Source: Escherichia phage ALITA. From it: a DNA stretch of 64,000 nucleotides. Each line of letters starts with the position of its first letter. Within the stretch, counting starts at the first letter, position 1. Under the pieces are notes generated by a model. It was given only the letters and a program-made list of their open reading frames with translations, ran no database searches and was not told where the DNA came from. The stretch is taken from the sequence record PP359570; one strand, written 5' to 3'. Below are positions 52,968 through 62,551 of the stretch, one piece after another. A program made the position numbers and the translations under genes.

Positions 52968-53930
52968 TTAAATTCCAATAACAGTATTTACACGCTTCTC
53001 TTTGCTACGCAAATTAACACGTCCACGAGACAGGCTATTACATGATGTGCATCTTAGCACTTGGAATGTACTAACCGCTGTTGTGTAAACCTTACCAGGA
53101 ACAACTTCAAGGTGCTCTTTACCGCAACGAGGACAACGAAGTTTTTCATCGTCATAGAATGCAGATACGTTAGGATGTTGTGGAATCCATGCACGAAGTT
53201 TGATGTAAAGATCTCTAAGAGAAACAACATCACCATCATTGTATGTTTGCATACGGAAGAAGGCATGTCTATCTCCTTCACAACATGCTTTCCACAAAGG
53301 AAAACCTTCATTATCAAGTTTAAAGTTTTCTGTATCAAAATACAAACACATTTCTTTAAGCGCATTAGAAGGTAGTGCAAACTGCTTCTTAGCTGCCTTG
53401 AGTGTATCAATTACAACATAATGTGATGGTGGCTCCATACCGTGAAAAGCAAAACGTTGGTTAATATAAGCCTTATCAAACTTAATACCGTTGTGCGCGA
53501 TCACAATATCTGCATCGTCAAGCAAGTGCCAGAGATCTTGACATAATTCCCAATCATCTGTATGATCTATGTCAAACAAAGGGTAATTGCTAAGGTTCTT
53601 ACCTTCTACTTCCCCTGTTTCTAAATCAGCAGATGAATAGGAAAGCAAGTAACCTCGACGAATAACTTGTTCAGGTGCAATAAAGGCTTTGAAACGTGAG
53701 AAGCTATACACAATCTCCGGTGCTGTCTCTACGTCAATAATTTTAATTACTGGCCCACCTTTATCTTGCGGAGCACCGCGATGTGGTGAATTTACACGAG
53801 CTAAGTAATCATTTACTGTGCTCTTCTTAGTAGAACTTCCCAACACCTCTTGTGCAATCTTACGCGAAGAATAACCTTGTGCTTTCATAGATACAATCAA
53901 GGCTTTCTGTTCGTCTGTTAATTTACTCAA
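52968..53930 (-). CDS. DEDD-type 3'-5' exonuclease with N-terminal HTH-like region
   Basis: Exo I IIDVETAP, Exo II AHNGIKFD, Exo III YNDGD. Confidence 0.55.
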   Translation of the reverse strand: MSKLTDEQKALIVSMKAQGYSSRKIAQEVLGSSTKKSTVNDYLARVNSPHRGAPQDKGGPVIKIIDVETAPEIVYSFSRFKAFIAPEQVIRRGYLLSYSSADLETGEVEGKNLSNYPLFDIDHTDDWELCQDLWHLLDDADIVIAHNGIKFDKAYINQRFAFHGMEPPSHYVVIDTLKAAKKQFALPSNALKEMCLYFDTENFKLDNEGFPLWKACCEGDRHAFFRMQTYNDGDVVSLRDLYIKLRAWIPQHPNVSAFYDDEKLRCPRCGKEHLEVVPGKVYTTAVSTFQVLRCTSCNSLSRGRVNLRSKEKRVNTVIGI

Positions 53931-54961
53931 TGTTCCTCCTGCTCTGAAATATATGCTTGTAGCATACTTTCAAAAGTTGTTTCATCATTAGCCCAACGTT
54001 TCATATATACCAACTGAAAAATTGTCTCTATCCATTCATCAGTTGTCATTTCTACTTCTTCACCATCCCAAGAAGTAAATTTAACGCCATCTGGGAACCA
54101 TTCATAATACTGATCTTTAACTGTCTGAAAAAGTTCAGCCTGTGTTTTACATTTGGAAATAAGATTAAAGCAAGTAATATCTCCAAACTTAACATCGAAA
54201 TCTTGGTAAGGTCGAATACTATCTGTCTTATCGCCCATTAGCATTTGATAAGCTAACCAGTAACTACCCCAACCCTTAACTTCTTTTTTCTTACCTTTTT
54301 CTACGATCCAGATATCACCGATAGATTCATCAATCAGAATAACACAAGGATTTTTATAAACACCATCCTCTTTATAAAAGTTAAAGAGTAAACTTGGTGT
54401 ATGTAAGCTATCTTTGTCGATAGATGCTACAATATGAGAAAACTTACCAGTTTCCTTGTAGGCTTTATACCCTGCATATCCATAGATTTCTAAAGCATCA
54501 TCTGCCTCAATACCAGTAACAACGTCACCGTTATGTTTTTCAACTAGATAATCTTTAGTATCTGATAATTGGATTGGTCTTAAATCTGATCGTTCTGATT
54601 TATATTCTTTTGGCATTTTGAAAGAATGCCGGAAGGTTTTTCCTACCCCGATGACACCGCAATACTTTTGAAGTTTTAGGTGATCCACCATCTGGGTTAT
54701 TTTTGTCTTTGCAGCTTGAAACGTAAAAGAAATATTCTCTGGGACTATTTGAACATCTTTTATTTCAAAATCTTCCTTGGAGAACAACTTCTTACCAGCA
54801 GCTTCGCGTTGCGCGTTAAGTGCTCCTAACCATCCTCCAATATTTTTTGAAGATTTACCCCAAAAATCTGTTCTTGTTTCAAACTCTTTTACATTACCGG
54901 AAGCCTTGTGTACAGCGTGGATTTTTCTTTGTTCTAAAGCTGAAGATGCTTGGAACGCCAC
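53927..54961 (-). CDS. 5'-3' exonuclease / flap endonuclease (RNase H-like)
   Basis: VTGIEADDALEIYGY (G.EADD) and ASIDKDSL (DKD) acidic clusters. Confidence 0.5.
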   Translation of the reverse strand: MAFQASSALEQRKIHAVHKASGNVKEFETRTDFWGKSSKNIGGWLGALNAQREAAGKKLFSKEDFEIKDVQIVPENISFTFQAAKTKITQMVDHLKLQKYCGVIGVGKTFRHSFKMPKEYKSERSDLRPIQLSDTKDYLVEKHNGDVVTGIEADDALEIYGYAGYKAYKETGKFSHIVASIDKDSLHTPSLLFNFYKEDGVYKNPCVILIDESIGDIWIVEKGKKKEVKGWGSYWLAYQMLMGDKTDSIRPYQDFDVKFGDITCFNLISKCKTQAELFQTVKDQYYEWFPDGVKFTSWDGEEVEMTTDEWIETIFQLVYMKRWANDETTFESMLQAYISEQEEH

Positions 54962-55053
54962 TTGATCGTAGTCTATTGCAAGAATTGTGTTCTCGTCAAC
55001 ATATTTGTGCAGGTCTTCCGGTTGGATTAAAATGTAACCGCTAATATTACCTC

Positions 55054-55266
55054 CTATTCATCATCTGAACTCTCTGTTGAGAATGTTCGTGTGTAGGGAC
55101 ACTGACGACTTGCAGAAACCTCTATAACCTTGTCGTACATACCGTTAGAGTAAAAACAGTATTTTGTACTTCCATAAACTTGTTCTCCAGAATTAATTAA
55201 AGTTATTTGACCAGCATAAGAATAAGAACTGATTACTAAAAGTAAACCGACAAGAAGTTTTTTCAT
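55054..55266 (-). CDS. small secreted protein with signal peptide (70 aa)
   Basis: MKKLLVGLLLVISSYSYAGQ signal-peptide-like N-terminus; two Cys. Confidence 0.45.
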   Translation of the reverse strand: MKKLLVGLLLVISSYSYAGQITLINSGEQVYGSTKYCFYSNGMYDKVIEVSASRQCPYTRTFSTESSDDE

Positions 55267-55341
55267 TGGTGTGTCTCCTTAAAAGCCCACCTAACTAAGT
55301 AGGTAGGCATATTAACACATATTAAATTAGTAAGTCAAGTA

Positions 55342-56226
55342 TTATTTTTGAATAGTTGACTTAATAAGGTCTTGCATAATACCACGGATTTCATTAAAGC
55401 ACAGAAGGACAGATGCTTCAAAAGATCCTTCTTCATCGTTAAAGTATTTAGGGAATTTAATACCACTCAACTTAAATTCTTTATCAACAATAAAGTTAAC
55501 GAAACCGTCATATTCCAGGCCAATAGCAACAACGTGCTTACCATCTTCCATAAGTTCTACTGCACGAGATTCGTAAAGGGATTCTTTACTCCATACAACC
55601 ACACCTTCAGAATCTTCAAGTTTAATATAATTACCAAGGGTCAGTCGTTCAGCCTCATGTTCTTCTAAGATGGTATCAAAACCTTTAATAATGGCTTCTT
55701 CGTGTACACTAAACGGCAGAACTGGGAAAGTACCCAACACCTCACGAAGAAATACAGCAATATCTTCACTAATTTTCTTAGTACCATTAAGAACGTAGGT
55801 AATACTGTTTTCAGTGTCTACAACAACATAGTTATAGAAATCATCTGCCTCTGTTTCTGGGAGCAGAGAAAACACAATATCAGCCTCAATTGCTTTTTTA
55901 CTTTCTTTGTCCAAGAAGAATTCTTTAGTAGGATTTGCAGCAATAAACTCTTGTTCCATCTCTTGGAGTTTTTCATTAAGAATGCGTTTAACTTTTTTCT
56001 TGTTAACTTTCTTAACAGATTGCCCTACTTTAATAACCTCTAAACCAGAGAACACTTTTACATAGGAACCATCATCTTCAAAACGAACAAGACCAATGGT
56101 ATGTGCTTGTTGACCCTGTGCCACAACAAAATCCAGCGGTTTGTCTGTTACTGTGTTCAGTGCGGAAATAGACAGACCATCACCAGAAATCAGGGTTACG
56201 CAAGATTTGAAATTTTTAGCAAACAT
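55342..56226 (-). CDS. hypothetical protein (294 aa)
   Basis: ORF-track ORF; no motif recognised. Confidence 0.5.
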   Translation of the reverse strand: MFAKNFKSCVTLISGDGLSISALNTVTDKPLDFVVAQGQQAHTIGLVRFEDDGSYVKVFSGLEVIKVGQSVKKVNKKKVKRILNEKLQEMEQEFIAANPTKEFFLDKESKKAIEADIVFSLLPETEADDFYNYVVVDTENSITYVLNGTKKISEDIAVFLREVLGTFPVLPFSVHEEAIIKGFDTILEEHEAERLTLGNYIKLEDSEGVVVWSKESLYESRAVELMEDGKHVVAIGLEYDGFVNFIVDKEFKLSGIKFPKYFNDEEGSFEASVLLCFNEIRGIMQDLIKSTIQK

Positions 56227-56236
56227 AGTTTTCTCC

Positions 56237-56515
56237 TCAAATAATAACTACAAAATATTTTACACCATCATATTCGACAATATGATCAGGATATTTAAAT
56301 CCTTTATAAGATTTACCAAACAGACTAACAGCCTCATTAGCTTTGTTTTGCGGATTACTCAGCCACTGTTCTTCTGTGTAAAACTTAAACTCTGTTCTCT
56401 TACCTTCTTTTTCTAAACCAACAATTTCCTGTGTGATATCTTCAATACCTGCATTCTTCAAGGATTTGATTACCTGACGCAAACCGTGTTTAAAGATATC
56501 TTCTGCTGTTAACAT
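56237..56515 (-). CDS. hypothetical protein (92 aa)
   Basis: ORF-track ORF. Confidence 0.45.
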   Translation of the reverse strand: MLTAEDIFKHGLRQVIKSLKNAGIEDITQEIVGLEKEGKRTEFKFYTEEQWLSNPQNKANEAVSLFGKSYKGFKYPDHIVEYDGVKYFVVII

Positions 56516-56524
56516 AATACCTCC

Positions 56525-56550
56525 AATAAGCCCCCGAAGGGGCTTTATTT
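56525..56550. terminator. GC hairpin (terminator-like)
   Basis: aagcccccgaaggggcttt + T-rich; approx. Confidence 0.4.
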
Positions 56551-56551
56551 C

Positions 56552-57274
56552 TTAAGCAATGATTGCTGCGATATTAGGTTTAACAAAGGTAGATGGTTTC
56601 ATAATTTTACCTTTGTCATCAAAGAATACGTACACCTTTTGAACTTCGTTATATACAGCATGTACCCCAGTATAAGAACCTTCTGCACGATCTTTGCTTC
56701 GCATCTCGATAGCATCGCACTCTTTTTCAAGAGCTTCAATAATATCTTTAGTTTCCCAAATAGCCAGGAGTTGCTTCTTGGTAGGATACTTGGACTCATT
56801 GCTATTCAACACTTCACGCATAACCTTCTTCTCGTTATAAACAGAACGCACCAAAGTATCTCGTGCCATACGTGTAAGTGTAAGAGACATTAAGGCAAAT
56901 TGCAAGTCATTTTCTACCATTTTATCAAATTCAATGATAACATCGTAAATGTTTTCTGCCAGAACATCGCCTGTCGGCATTTCCAGAGCTTTATCAACAC
57001 CTTCTTTACCAAAGAACATAAATGCCAGATAGGATGCTACCACAAAAATATCTGCTGCTGCATCAAGTAATTCAACGTGATCATTTTCCTGTGCTGCTGC
57101 TTGAAACTCTTTAAGTTCTTCTCGTACAAAAGAAAGTTGAGCTTCAAACATCTCTTGAGTAAATTCTGGAGTTACTCCACCGCGTGCCTTAGCATTCCAA
57201 GCAACAATTTGATCGGCAGCTTTGATAAAGAAGCTATTGTCCACTTTTACTTGTTTGAAAAAATTCTCGATCAT
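56552..57274 (-). CDS. hypothetical protein, possibly MazG-like all-alpha NTP pyrophosphohydrolase (240 aa)
   Basis: REELKEFQAA...ELLDAAADIFVV loosely resembles MazG E..E / D motifs; weak. Confidence 0.3.
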   Translation of the reverse strand: MIENFFKQVKVDNSFFIKAADQIVAWNAKARGGVTPEFTQEMFEAQLSFVREELKEFQAAAQENDHVELLDAAADIFVVASYLAFMFFGKEGVDKALEMPTGDVLAENIYDVIIEFDKMVENDLQFALMSLTLTRMARDTLVRSVYNEKKVMREVLNSNESKYPTKKQLLAIWETKDIIEALEKECDAIEMRSKDRAEGSYTGVHAVYNEVQKVYVFFDDKGKIMKPSTFVKPNIAAIIA

Positions 57275-57283
57275 TGTTTCTCC

Positions 57284-57463
57284 TTATTTAAAATATTGTT
57301 CTAACAAAACACTAATGCGAACTACCGATTCGCCCATATACGCCCCAGCACAGAGGAAAACAACAAATCTACAAAAATTGCAGTACCATTTGTCCACTGG
57401 AAACGAGGCTAACATTATAATTGCAATAGCAATTAACATCATAAGAACTGTTACTAATACCAT
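57284..57463 (-). CDS. small membrane protein (59 aa)
   Basis: Track ORF 57284..57490 trimmed to MVLVTVLMMLIAIAIIMLASF after aagagg SD. Confidence 0.35.
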   Translation of the reverse strand: MVLVTVLMMLIAIAIIMLASFPVDKWYCNFCRFVVFLCAGAYMGESVVRISVLLEQYFK

Positions 57464-57471
57464 ATTACCTC

Positions 57472-58587
57472 TTACTCTGCTGGTTCCCAAGTACCTGGAA
57501 TCATCTTACGTACACGTACCCCAACAGGCTTGGTAGGAATACCTTCGTCTGAAAATTCTTCGTACTCTATTTCAACAAATTGACCAATAAGTGTCAAAGC
57601 ATTTTCTTCTTTACGATAGTTAATGGTTTCATCTGAATCCTTACGCATCAGGAATTCGACTACTTTACCATTTTCCATCTCGCCTGTCAATACCCCGTCA
57701 CCATTTTTATCACGTTTTGCACTTACCACTTTAACTTCAAGCGTCTGACGTGGTTTACGTTTAATAACATCATAAGAACGTTTATCAAACTCGTAAACAC
57801 CTTGTGCGTTACGATACACCACACCTTCCGCTTTCTCACGCAGAGCTTTTGCATAGAATTCATCAAACTGCTCTTGGTTTTCAATGTACTCTGTATGTAC
57901 TACACAAATAAGTTCATCTAAACCTTTATCTTCAACAACGTCTTTTAGAGCAGCCAAAACTTCAACCCTCTTCTCAAATGGTACAGATGGCACAGGAACA
58001 TCATATACATAGTATTTAAGAAGCGGAGTGTTAGCATTATGCTTTTTCCACGCACTATTAATTTGTTGAAGGCTAAGGACACCCAAACCAGCAAAAACTT
58101 CACCGTCAAGAGGATGACCAACTACTTCTTTAATGAAGGTTGGAATTTCTTTCCAGTGAGGTGGAAGTTTATATACTTCCCCAGCTTTAGATAAACATTC
58201 ACCTTGCATGTTAATCATTGAACGTAGACCATTCAATTTATATTGTGCATAACCTGGGAACAAAACACGATCAGCATAATCTTTATAATCCTGACATTTC
58301 ATGGGTGTAGAAGGAACATGGTTTTCAGCTTCCTCTTTTGTTTTATAATACCCATTCTTAAGTTGCTTTGTCCATTTGGCAAGAGCTTCTATTTCAGCTT
58401 GTTCTTCTGCTGTTGTTTCATTTGAGCGACCAATATTTTTAGGTTCTGCCGTATAAGATTTGCTAGTGATCTTTCCACCTAATTGACCATGAGCAACAGT
58501 TACAACACTACCTTCGGTATAGACTGACCACTGTCTAATTTTACCTGTAGAAGTTTTACCATATAATGTAGGATTAGTTTGTTTCAT
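57472..58587 (-). CDS. ATP-dependent DNA ligase (small, T7-size)
   Basis: Track ORF 57472..58635 trimmed to MKQTNPTLYG after GGAGG; motif I YKLNGLR, III LDGEVF, IV EGVVYR, V VIKRK. Confidence 0.8.
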   Translation of the reverse strand: MKQTNPTLYGKTSTGKIRQWSVYTEGSVVTVAHGQLGGKITSKSYTAEPKNIGRSNETTAEEQAEIEALAKWTKQLKNGYYKTKEEAENHVPSTPMKCQDYKDYADRVLFPGYAQYKLNGLRSMINMQGECLSKAGEVYKLPPHWKEIPTFIKEVVGHPLDGEVFAGLGVLSLQQINSAWKKHNANTPLLKYYVYDVPVPSVPFEKRVEVLAALKDVVEDKGLDELICVVHTEYIENQEQFDEFYAKALREKAEGVVYRNAQGVYEFDKRSYDVIKRKPRQTLEVKVVSAKRDKNGDGVLTGEMENGKVVEFLMRKDSDETINYRKEENALTLIGQFVEIEYEEFSDEGIPTKPVGVRVRKMIPGTWEPAE

Positions 58588-58777
58588 CTTTAACCTCCAG
58601 TTGCGAAAGAACCCATTTAGCCATTTCAATTTCACCGTGTAGTCTGCCTAGTTCATAGGCATCATCAATATTACCACCAGTGTAATCATCCACCATAAAG
58701 TAAGGATCTTCACTACTGTTAGGCGCGTTTGCAATTCTCGTTAGTTCTTCAATAAATGTCATAGTTAACCTTACCAA
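58574..58777 (-). CDS. hypothetical acidic protein (start uncertain)
   Basis: ORF-track ORF; alternative ATG at 58762. Confidence 0.35.
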   Translation of the reverse strand: MVRLTMTFIEELTRIANAPNSSEDPYFMVDDYTGGNIDDAYELGRLHGEIEMAKWVLSQLEVKDETN

Positions 58778-58995
58778 TTATACACAAGAGTTTGAATTTC
58801 TTCCATCAAATCTTCAAGATCTGTATCAACATATTCAGAAGATGTTGCCATAAAGTATGTAATCATTGTGAACCCTTCCGAAGAAAGGGCATCAAGGATA
58901 TCATTAAACATATCTTCCATTTCAGTATTCTCACCAAATGAAAATAACATTTGTTGATCTTCGCTTACACCTTTAACATAGATAGCTGTGCTCAT
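58771..58995 (-). CDS. hypothetical acidic protein (74 aa)
   Basis: ORF-track ORF. Confidence 0.4.
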   Translation of the reverse strand: MSTAIYVKGVSEDQQMLFSFGENTEMEDMFNDILDALSSEGFTMITYFMATSSEYVDTDLEDLMEEIQTLVYNW

Positions 58996-58998
58996 ATA

Positions 58999-59319
58999 TT
59001 AATCCTTAAGACGTTCATTTAAATCTGCAATAACATCATTTAAATCTTCACATTCCAGTGTTAACTCTGAAACTTGTTCATTCAAACAAGAAACTTCTTC
59101 ATTTAGATCTGAAATAATGTTTTCTAATGAATCTACTTGATCATCATATGAACGTTTTGTTTCTTCAAGGTCTTCCATAAGACTATCAATCAAATGTAGC
59201 AAAGATAAGATATAGCCGTCTCCTGTTGCGTTCCTCCACTCACTTCCGTAGCGATAAATAATAATTTCACCATCATCGACTACTGTAAAATACTTACCTT
59301 TACCAGAATAAATTTCCAT
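58999..59319 (-). CDS. hypothetical protein with coiled-coil-like C-terminus (106 aa)
   Basis: Heptad-like LEETKRSYDDQVDSLENIISDLNEEVSCLNEQVSELT. Confidence 0.45.
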   Translation of the reverse strand: MEIYSGKGKYFTVVDDGEIIIYRYGSEWRNATGDGYILSLLHLIDSLMEDLEETKRSYDDQVDSLENIISDLNEEVSCLNEQVSELTLECEDLNDVIADLNERLKD

Positions 59320-59328
59320 AAACTCTCC

Positions 59329-59733
59329 TTATTGTAGCTTAAGTGAACTGCGAAGACGTTCCTCTTGCTGATCACGAATATGTTGTGGAACCTCATGAAT
59401 TGAATCGTTACCGTGCCTATTCTCCACAACTAAAGAAATAACTTGATAACCAAACTCTTCAGCAAGAGTTAAATAAGGTTTAAGTTCTTTTTCTGTAGTA
59501 GAGGTATTAGAAACAATAATCTTTTCAACACCATACTGCATATATTTTTGTACTTTGACACGACACCATTGGTGTGCTTTATGGATATTCTCTTGTTTCC
59601 ACTCATACACACCATCTTCAGTGTAGTGGTATTGATCTGCCTCACAAATAGGCCAATGATTTTCAGAGATAATTTCTGCTACTGTAGATTTACCTGCACC
59701 TGAAACACCACGTAAAATGATAAGTTGTTTCAT
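59329..59733 (-). CDS. P-loop polynucleotide-kinase-like protein
   Basis: MKQLIILRGVSGAGKSTVAE Walker A at N-terminus as in T4 Pnk kinase domain; no phosphatase domain attached. Confidence 0.5.
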   Translation of the reverse strand: MKQLIILRGVSGAGKSTVAEIISENHWPICEADQYHYTEDGVYEWKQENIHKAHQWCRVKVQKYMQYGVEKIIVSNTSTTEKELKPYLTLAEEFGYQVISLVVENRHGNDSIHEVPQHIRDQQEERLRSSLKLQ

Positions 59734-60666
59734 TTAGCCTCCAAAGAAGTTTTCTATTTCTTTACGTCGCTCTTGTGGATCGAGAGCAGCCCATTGAGCC
59801 TTCGTAAATTTATTTCGAAGCCATTCTAGCAAAGTATAATATTCTTCGTCAACAATTTGTTTAGCATTGTTTGGGTTGTCCCAAATCATATCCCACTTCT
59901 TATTGCCACCACGCATAAGGAATTTCTTAGCAAGATAGTATGGTGACTTAATCTTTAAGAGTAAGTTAAACGGATAGTTTGTTTCACGAACAACAAAGCC
60001 TTCGTGTCTACAATGTTTAGACATTTCAACAACATCTGAAAATTTAATCATTGGATAAACTTCAGGACGTTTAAATTTTGTAATAGATGCAATCCCATCA
60101 AGAACACCTTCAGGTAACATGAAACTTGTCCCATCAAGATTTTGAATTCTTGCTCCAATTAAGTATGCGCCTGGTTCTTCTTCGACAATATGTGGATCAG
60201 AAGGATCACAGATTTCAAAAAGGAAAGTTGCTTTTGCACTTTCTGTCCACTTAATGAAATACTCTATGTCATCACACTCGGAAACAATACGGTTCTTGGC
60301 AATAGTTGCAAAGTCTGATTCTAGGCTTCCTGTTGTTGATACAACAAGTTTCCCTTTGTACACACCTACAGATGCCATAAAACCGTTTACTTTACGGACA
60401 GCATCTACAAATTCATCTCTTGGAAGATCTGTACCATTCTCAAAACGATTAAAGATTTTAGTAAAAGGCCAAATAACAATATTATCTTCTGAGTCAACAA
60501 CCAACCCACGACAATCTAAAAGTCGTTTGTCAACGTTCCACAAGTTATCCCAGAATACATTGTTTTTGTATTTAAGTACAGCAAGACCAGCATACTCTCC
60601 AGATTTAACTTCTTTTTTATGCACTAAACCTTTTGCAATCAGGTCATCACAATTGAACTTAGCCAC
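59734..60666 (-). CDS. RNA ligase, T4 Rnl1-like
   Basis: LLDCRGLVVD...PFTKIFNRFENG, candidate motif I VRKVNGFM, later LKIKSPYY parallel T4 Rnl1 LECRGIMFE...PMEKFFNLNEN, KEDG, FKIKSDWY (from memory). Confidence 0.55.
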   Translation of the reverse strand: MAKFNCDDLIAKGLVHKKEVKSGEYAGLAVLKYKNNVFWDNLWNVDKRLLDCRGLVVDSEDNIVIWPFTKIFNRFENGTDLPRDEFVDAVRKVNGFMASVGVYKGKLVVSTTGSLESDFATIAKNRIVSECDDIEYFIKWTESAKATFLFEICDPSDPHIVEEEPGAYLIGARIQNLDGTSFMLPEGVLDGIASITKFKRPEVYPMIKFSDVVEMSKHCRHEGFVVRETNYPFNLLLKIKSPYYLAKKFLMRGGNKKWDMIWDNPNNAKQIVDEEYYTLLEWLRNKFTKAQWAALDPQERRKEIENFFGG

Positions 60667-60667
60667 C

Positions 60668-61219
60668 TTAATCTCCTTTGATTATCTTATGATGATCTAC
60701 AACAATAATATCACGCTTATCCATAATAGAGATGATTTCGTCAAAATGCAAGATTTTCCCGTGTGCATCCCAACCAACATCCAACATTTTCCCATACAAA
60801 TGATCAGGGAATGATCCGTGAGAGTGTCCGTGTAGCATGATTGATCCATGCCCTTGTTTATTCCAGGCAGCCATAGGGTAATGACTTAAGACGAAGAACA
60901 GCTTCTGATATTTCACTTCGTCATAATACACAACTTCTCCATACTCTGCAAGCACTTTTCTGTGTTTACTGTAATCATGGTTCCCAACACAGTAAGTAAT
61001 ATCCCCTTGGAGACGGGAAGCAATCTTACGGGTATCTTCTTCAGTCCCGAAACAGAAGTCCCCAAGATGGTACATCTTTACTCCTGGTGTTGTGGCACAT
61101 TTATTCCATGCTTCGATCAGTGCTTCTGTCATATGCTCCATATCTTCCCACGGGCGATATTCAGGAGCAAACTCTCGGATACGTTTGTGCATAAAATGCA
61201 AATCACTTGTAATAAACAT
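60668..61219 (-). CDS. calcineurin-like metallophosphoesterase
   Basis: SDLHFMH (D.H), HLGDF (GD), VGNHDY (GNHD), LHGHSHG. Confidence 0.75.
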   Translation of the reverse strand: MFITSDLHFMHKRIREFAPEYRPWEDMEHMTEALIEAWNKCATTPGVKMYHLGDFCFGTEEDTRKIASRLQGDITYCVGNHDYSKHRKVLAEYGEVVYYDEVKYQKLFFVLSHYPMAAWNKQGHGSIMLHGHSHGSFPDHLYGKMLDVGWDAHGKILHFDEIISIMDKRDIIVVDHHKIIKGD

Positions 61220-61581
61220 TAGTATAATCCCTCGCTGAATAGTTCACTGTTGTGACCATTTCTTTCGTAGTTAATTTGTTTGGCGTTATCTGCAATGACA
61301 TAAGCATCTTTGCGACTCCACCAGTTATAATACTGATCAATAAACCCTTGATTATCAGGTAAGCAAAACAGTTTATCGATCAATCCTGCATCTTTTAAAA
61401 CATTAAGTTGTGCAGATAGTACAGGATTTGCATGCCTAACACAAGGAATAATTAACTCTTCACCATTGTTAAGAATATACTTGTTCGCAGCGCAGACTAT
61501 AACACGTTGAGCATAGTGATCCTCACCAATCCAAGTAAGAGGTTGGTAACAAATATCATGTTGATTAGTAGCGCACATCAA
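61219..61581 (-). CDS. hypothetical protein (120 aa)
   Basis: ORF-track ORF; stop overlaps phosphoesterase start. Confidence 0.5.
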   Translation of the reverse strand: MMCATNQHDICYQPLTWIGEDHYAQRVIVCAANKYILNNGEELIIPCVRHANPVLSAQLNVLKDAGLIDKLFCLPDNQGFIDQYYNWWSRKDAYVIADNAKQINYERNGHNSELFSEGLY

Positions 61582-61736
61582 TTTTCTCCATACTCTTTTA
61601 GTCTATCAGCGAAAAAACTGTAATCAGGAAGTAAAAGATCATTACTCGTATCGCTCCAATTTTCTTCCTCTCTATAGATAAAATGCCCTTCATCCTCTTC
61701 TTGCTCTGACCAGACTGAGTAATGCATAATACCTAC

Positions 61737-62273
61737 TTAATAGTTAACACGTTTAATTTCAACACCATAGGATGCAATAAAATTTTCCTTAGCTAACATA
61801 TATTTACCAGCAGCAGAAGGATTTGATGTATGAACATAGATAGTTTTAAGAGCATCCCATTCACCAGCGTACAACATACATTCTACATCTAAGAACGCAT
61901 GATAGCCTTCTTGATCTTCCCCAAGATCATTATCGAAGTGTATTTCTGAGATATTATTGAAATTATCTTCATCTGAAACAAAAGATGACCAATCCCCAAA
62001 AGATTTTAACCAAATGGCATCCTCATAACCATAATCTTTAGGATCTCTTAAATCGTCTAACCAAAGAATTTTAGCCACTATCAACCCCCCTTCCTGTTTC
62101 TCTTCTTTCCAAGTTTTACCTTTATCTACCAATTGCTTAGAAACAGCAAATCTTTCTCCATTGACATAAAACAGATAAAGAATAAAGGATTTTCCTATAG
62201 TTACAGTATCTACTACTTCTACACGCTTTACACCTTGCATGTATTTGGCTTTACCTGAATAAATAAGGAACAT
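61737..62273 (-). CDS. hypothetical protein (178 aa)
   Basis: ORF-track ORF; conserved-looking ILWLDDLRDP, HFDNDLG, VHTSNP blocks of unknown family. Confidence 0.5.
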   Translation of the reverse strand: MFLIYSGKAKYMQGVKRVEVVDTVTIGKSFILYLFYVNGERFAVSKQLVDKGKTWKEEKQEGGLIVAKILWLDDLRDPKDYGYEDAIWLKSFGDWSSFVSDEDNFNNISEIHFDNDLGEDQEGYHAFLDVECMLYAGEWDALKTIYVHTSNPSAAGKYMLAKENFIASYGVEIKRVNY

Positions 62274-62551
62274 TATTTATTCCTTTTGTTGTTGATCACA
62301 TCTAAAGCTGTGTAAGGTTTGTTTGTACCGCTGTATTCAAGAATAATTGGTGCATGTTCATAGACAAACTCAAAAGTACCATACACAGAATCTGCAACTG
62401 AAATAAGCATTTCAGTGCCTTCATCGTTCTTAATTAATGAAAACCTTGCCCCTGGTTTATTGAGCACTTCATATTTCTTACCTGCTGTCAGCAAACCTGA
62501 ATACCATTCATTTTGCACAACAGACAAACACTTCAGGTAGGTTTTTCTCAT
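62273..62551 (-). CDS. hypothetical protein (92 aa)
   Basis: ORF-track ORF. Confidence 0.45.
   Translation of the reverse strand: MRKTYLKCLSVVQNEWYSGLLTAGKKYEVLNKPGARFSLIKNDEGTEMLISVADSVYGTFEFVYEHAPIILEYSGTNKPYTALDVINNKRNK

Noticed and set aside
60254-60814. 186-aa + strand ORF
   Set aside because: Lies antisense inside the well-supported RNA ligase and phosphoesterase genes; low-complexity translation.
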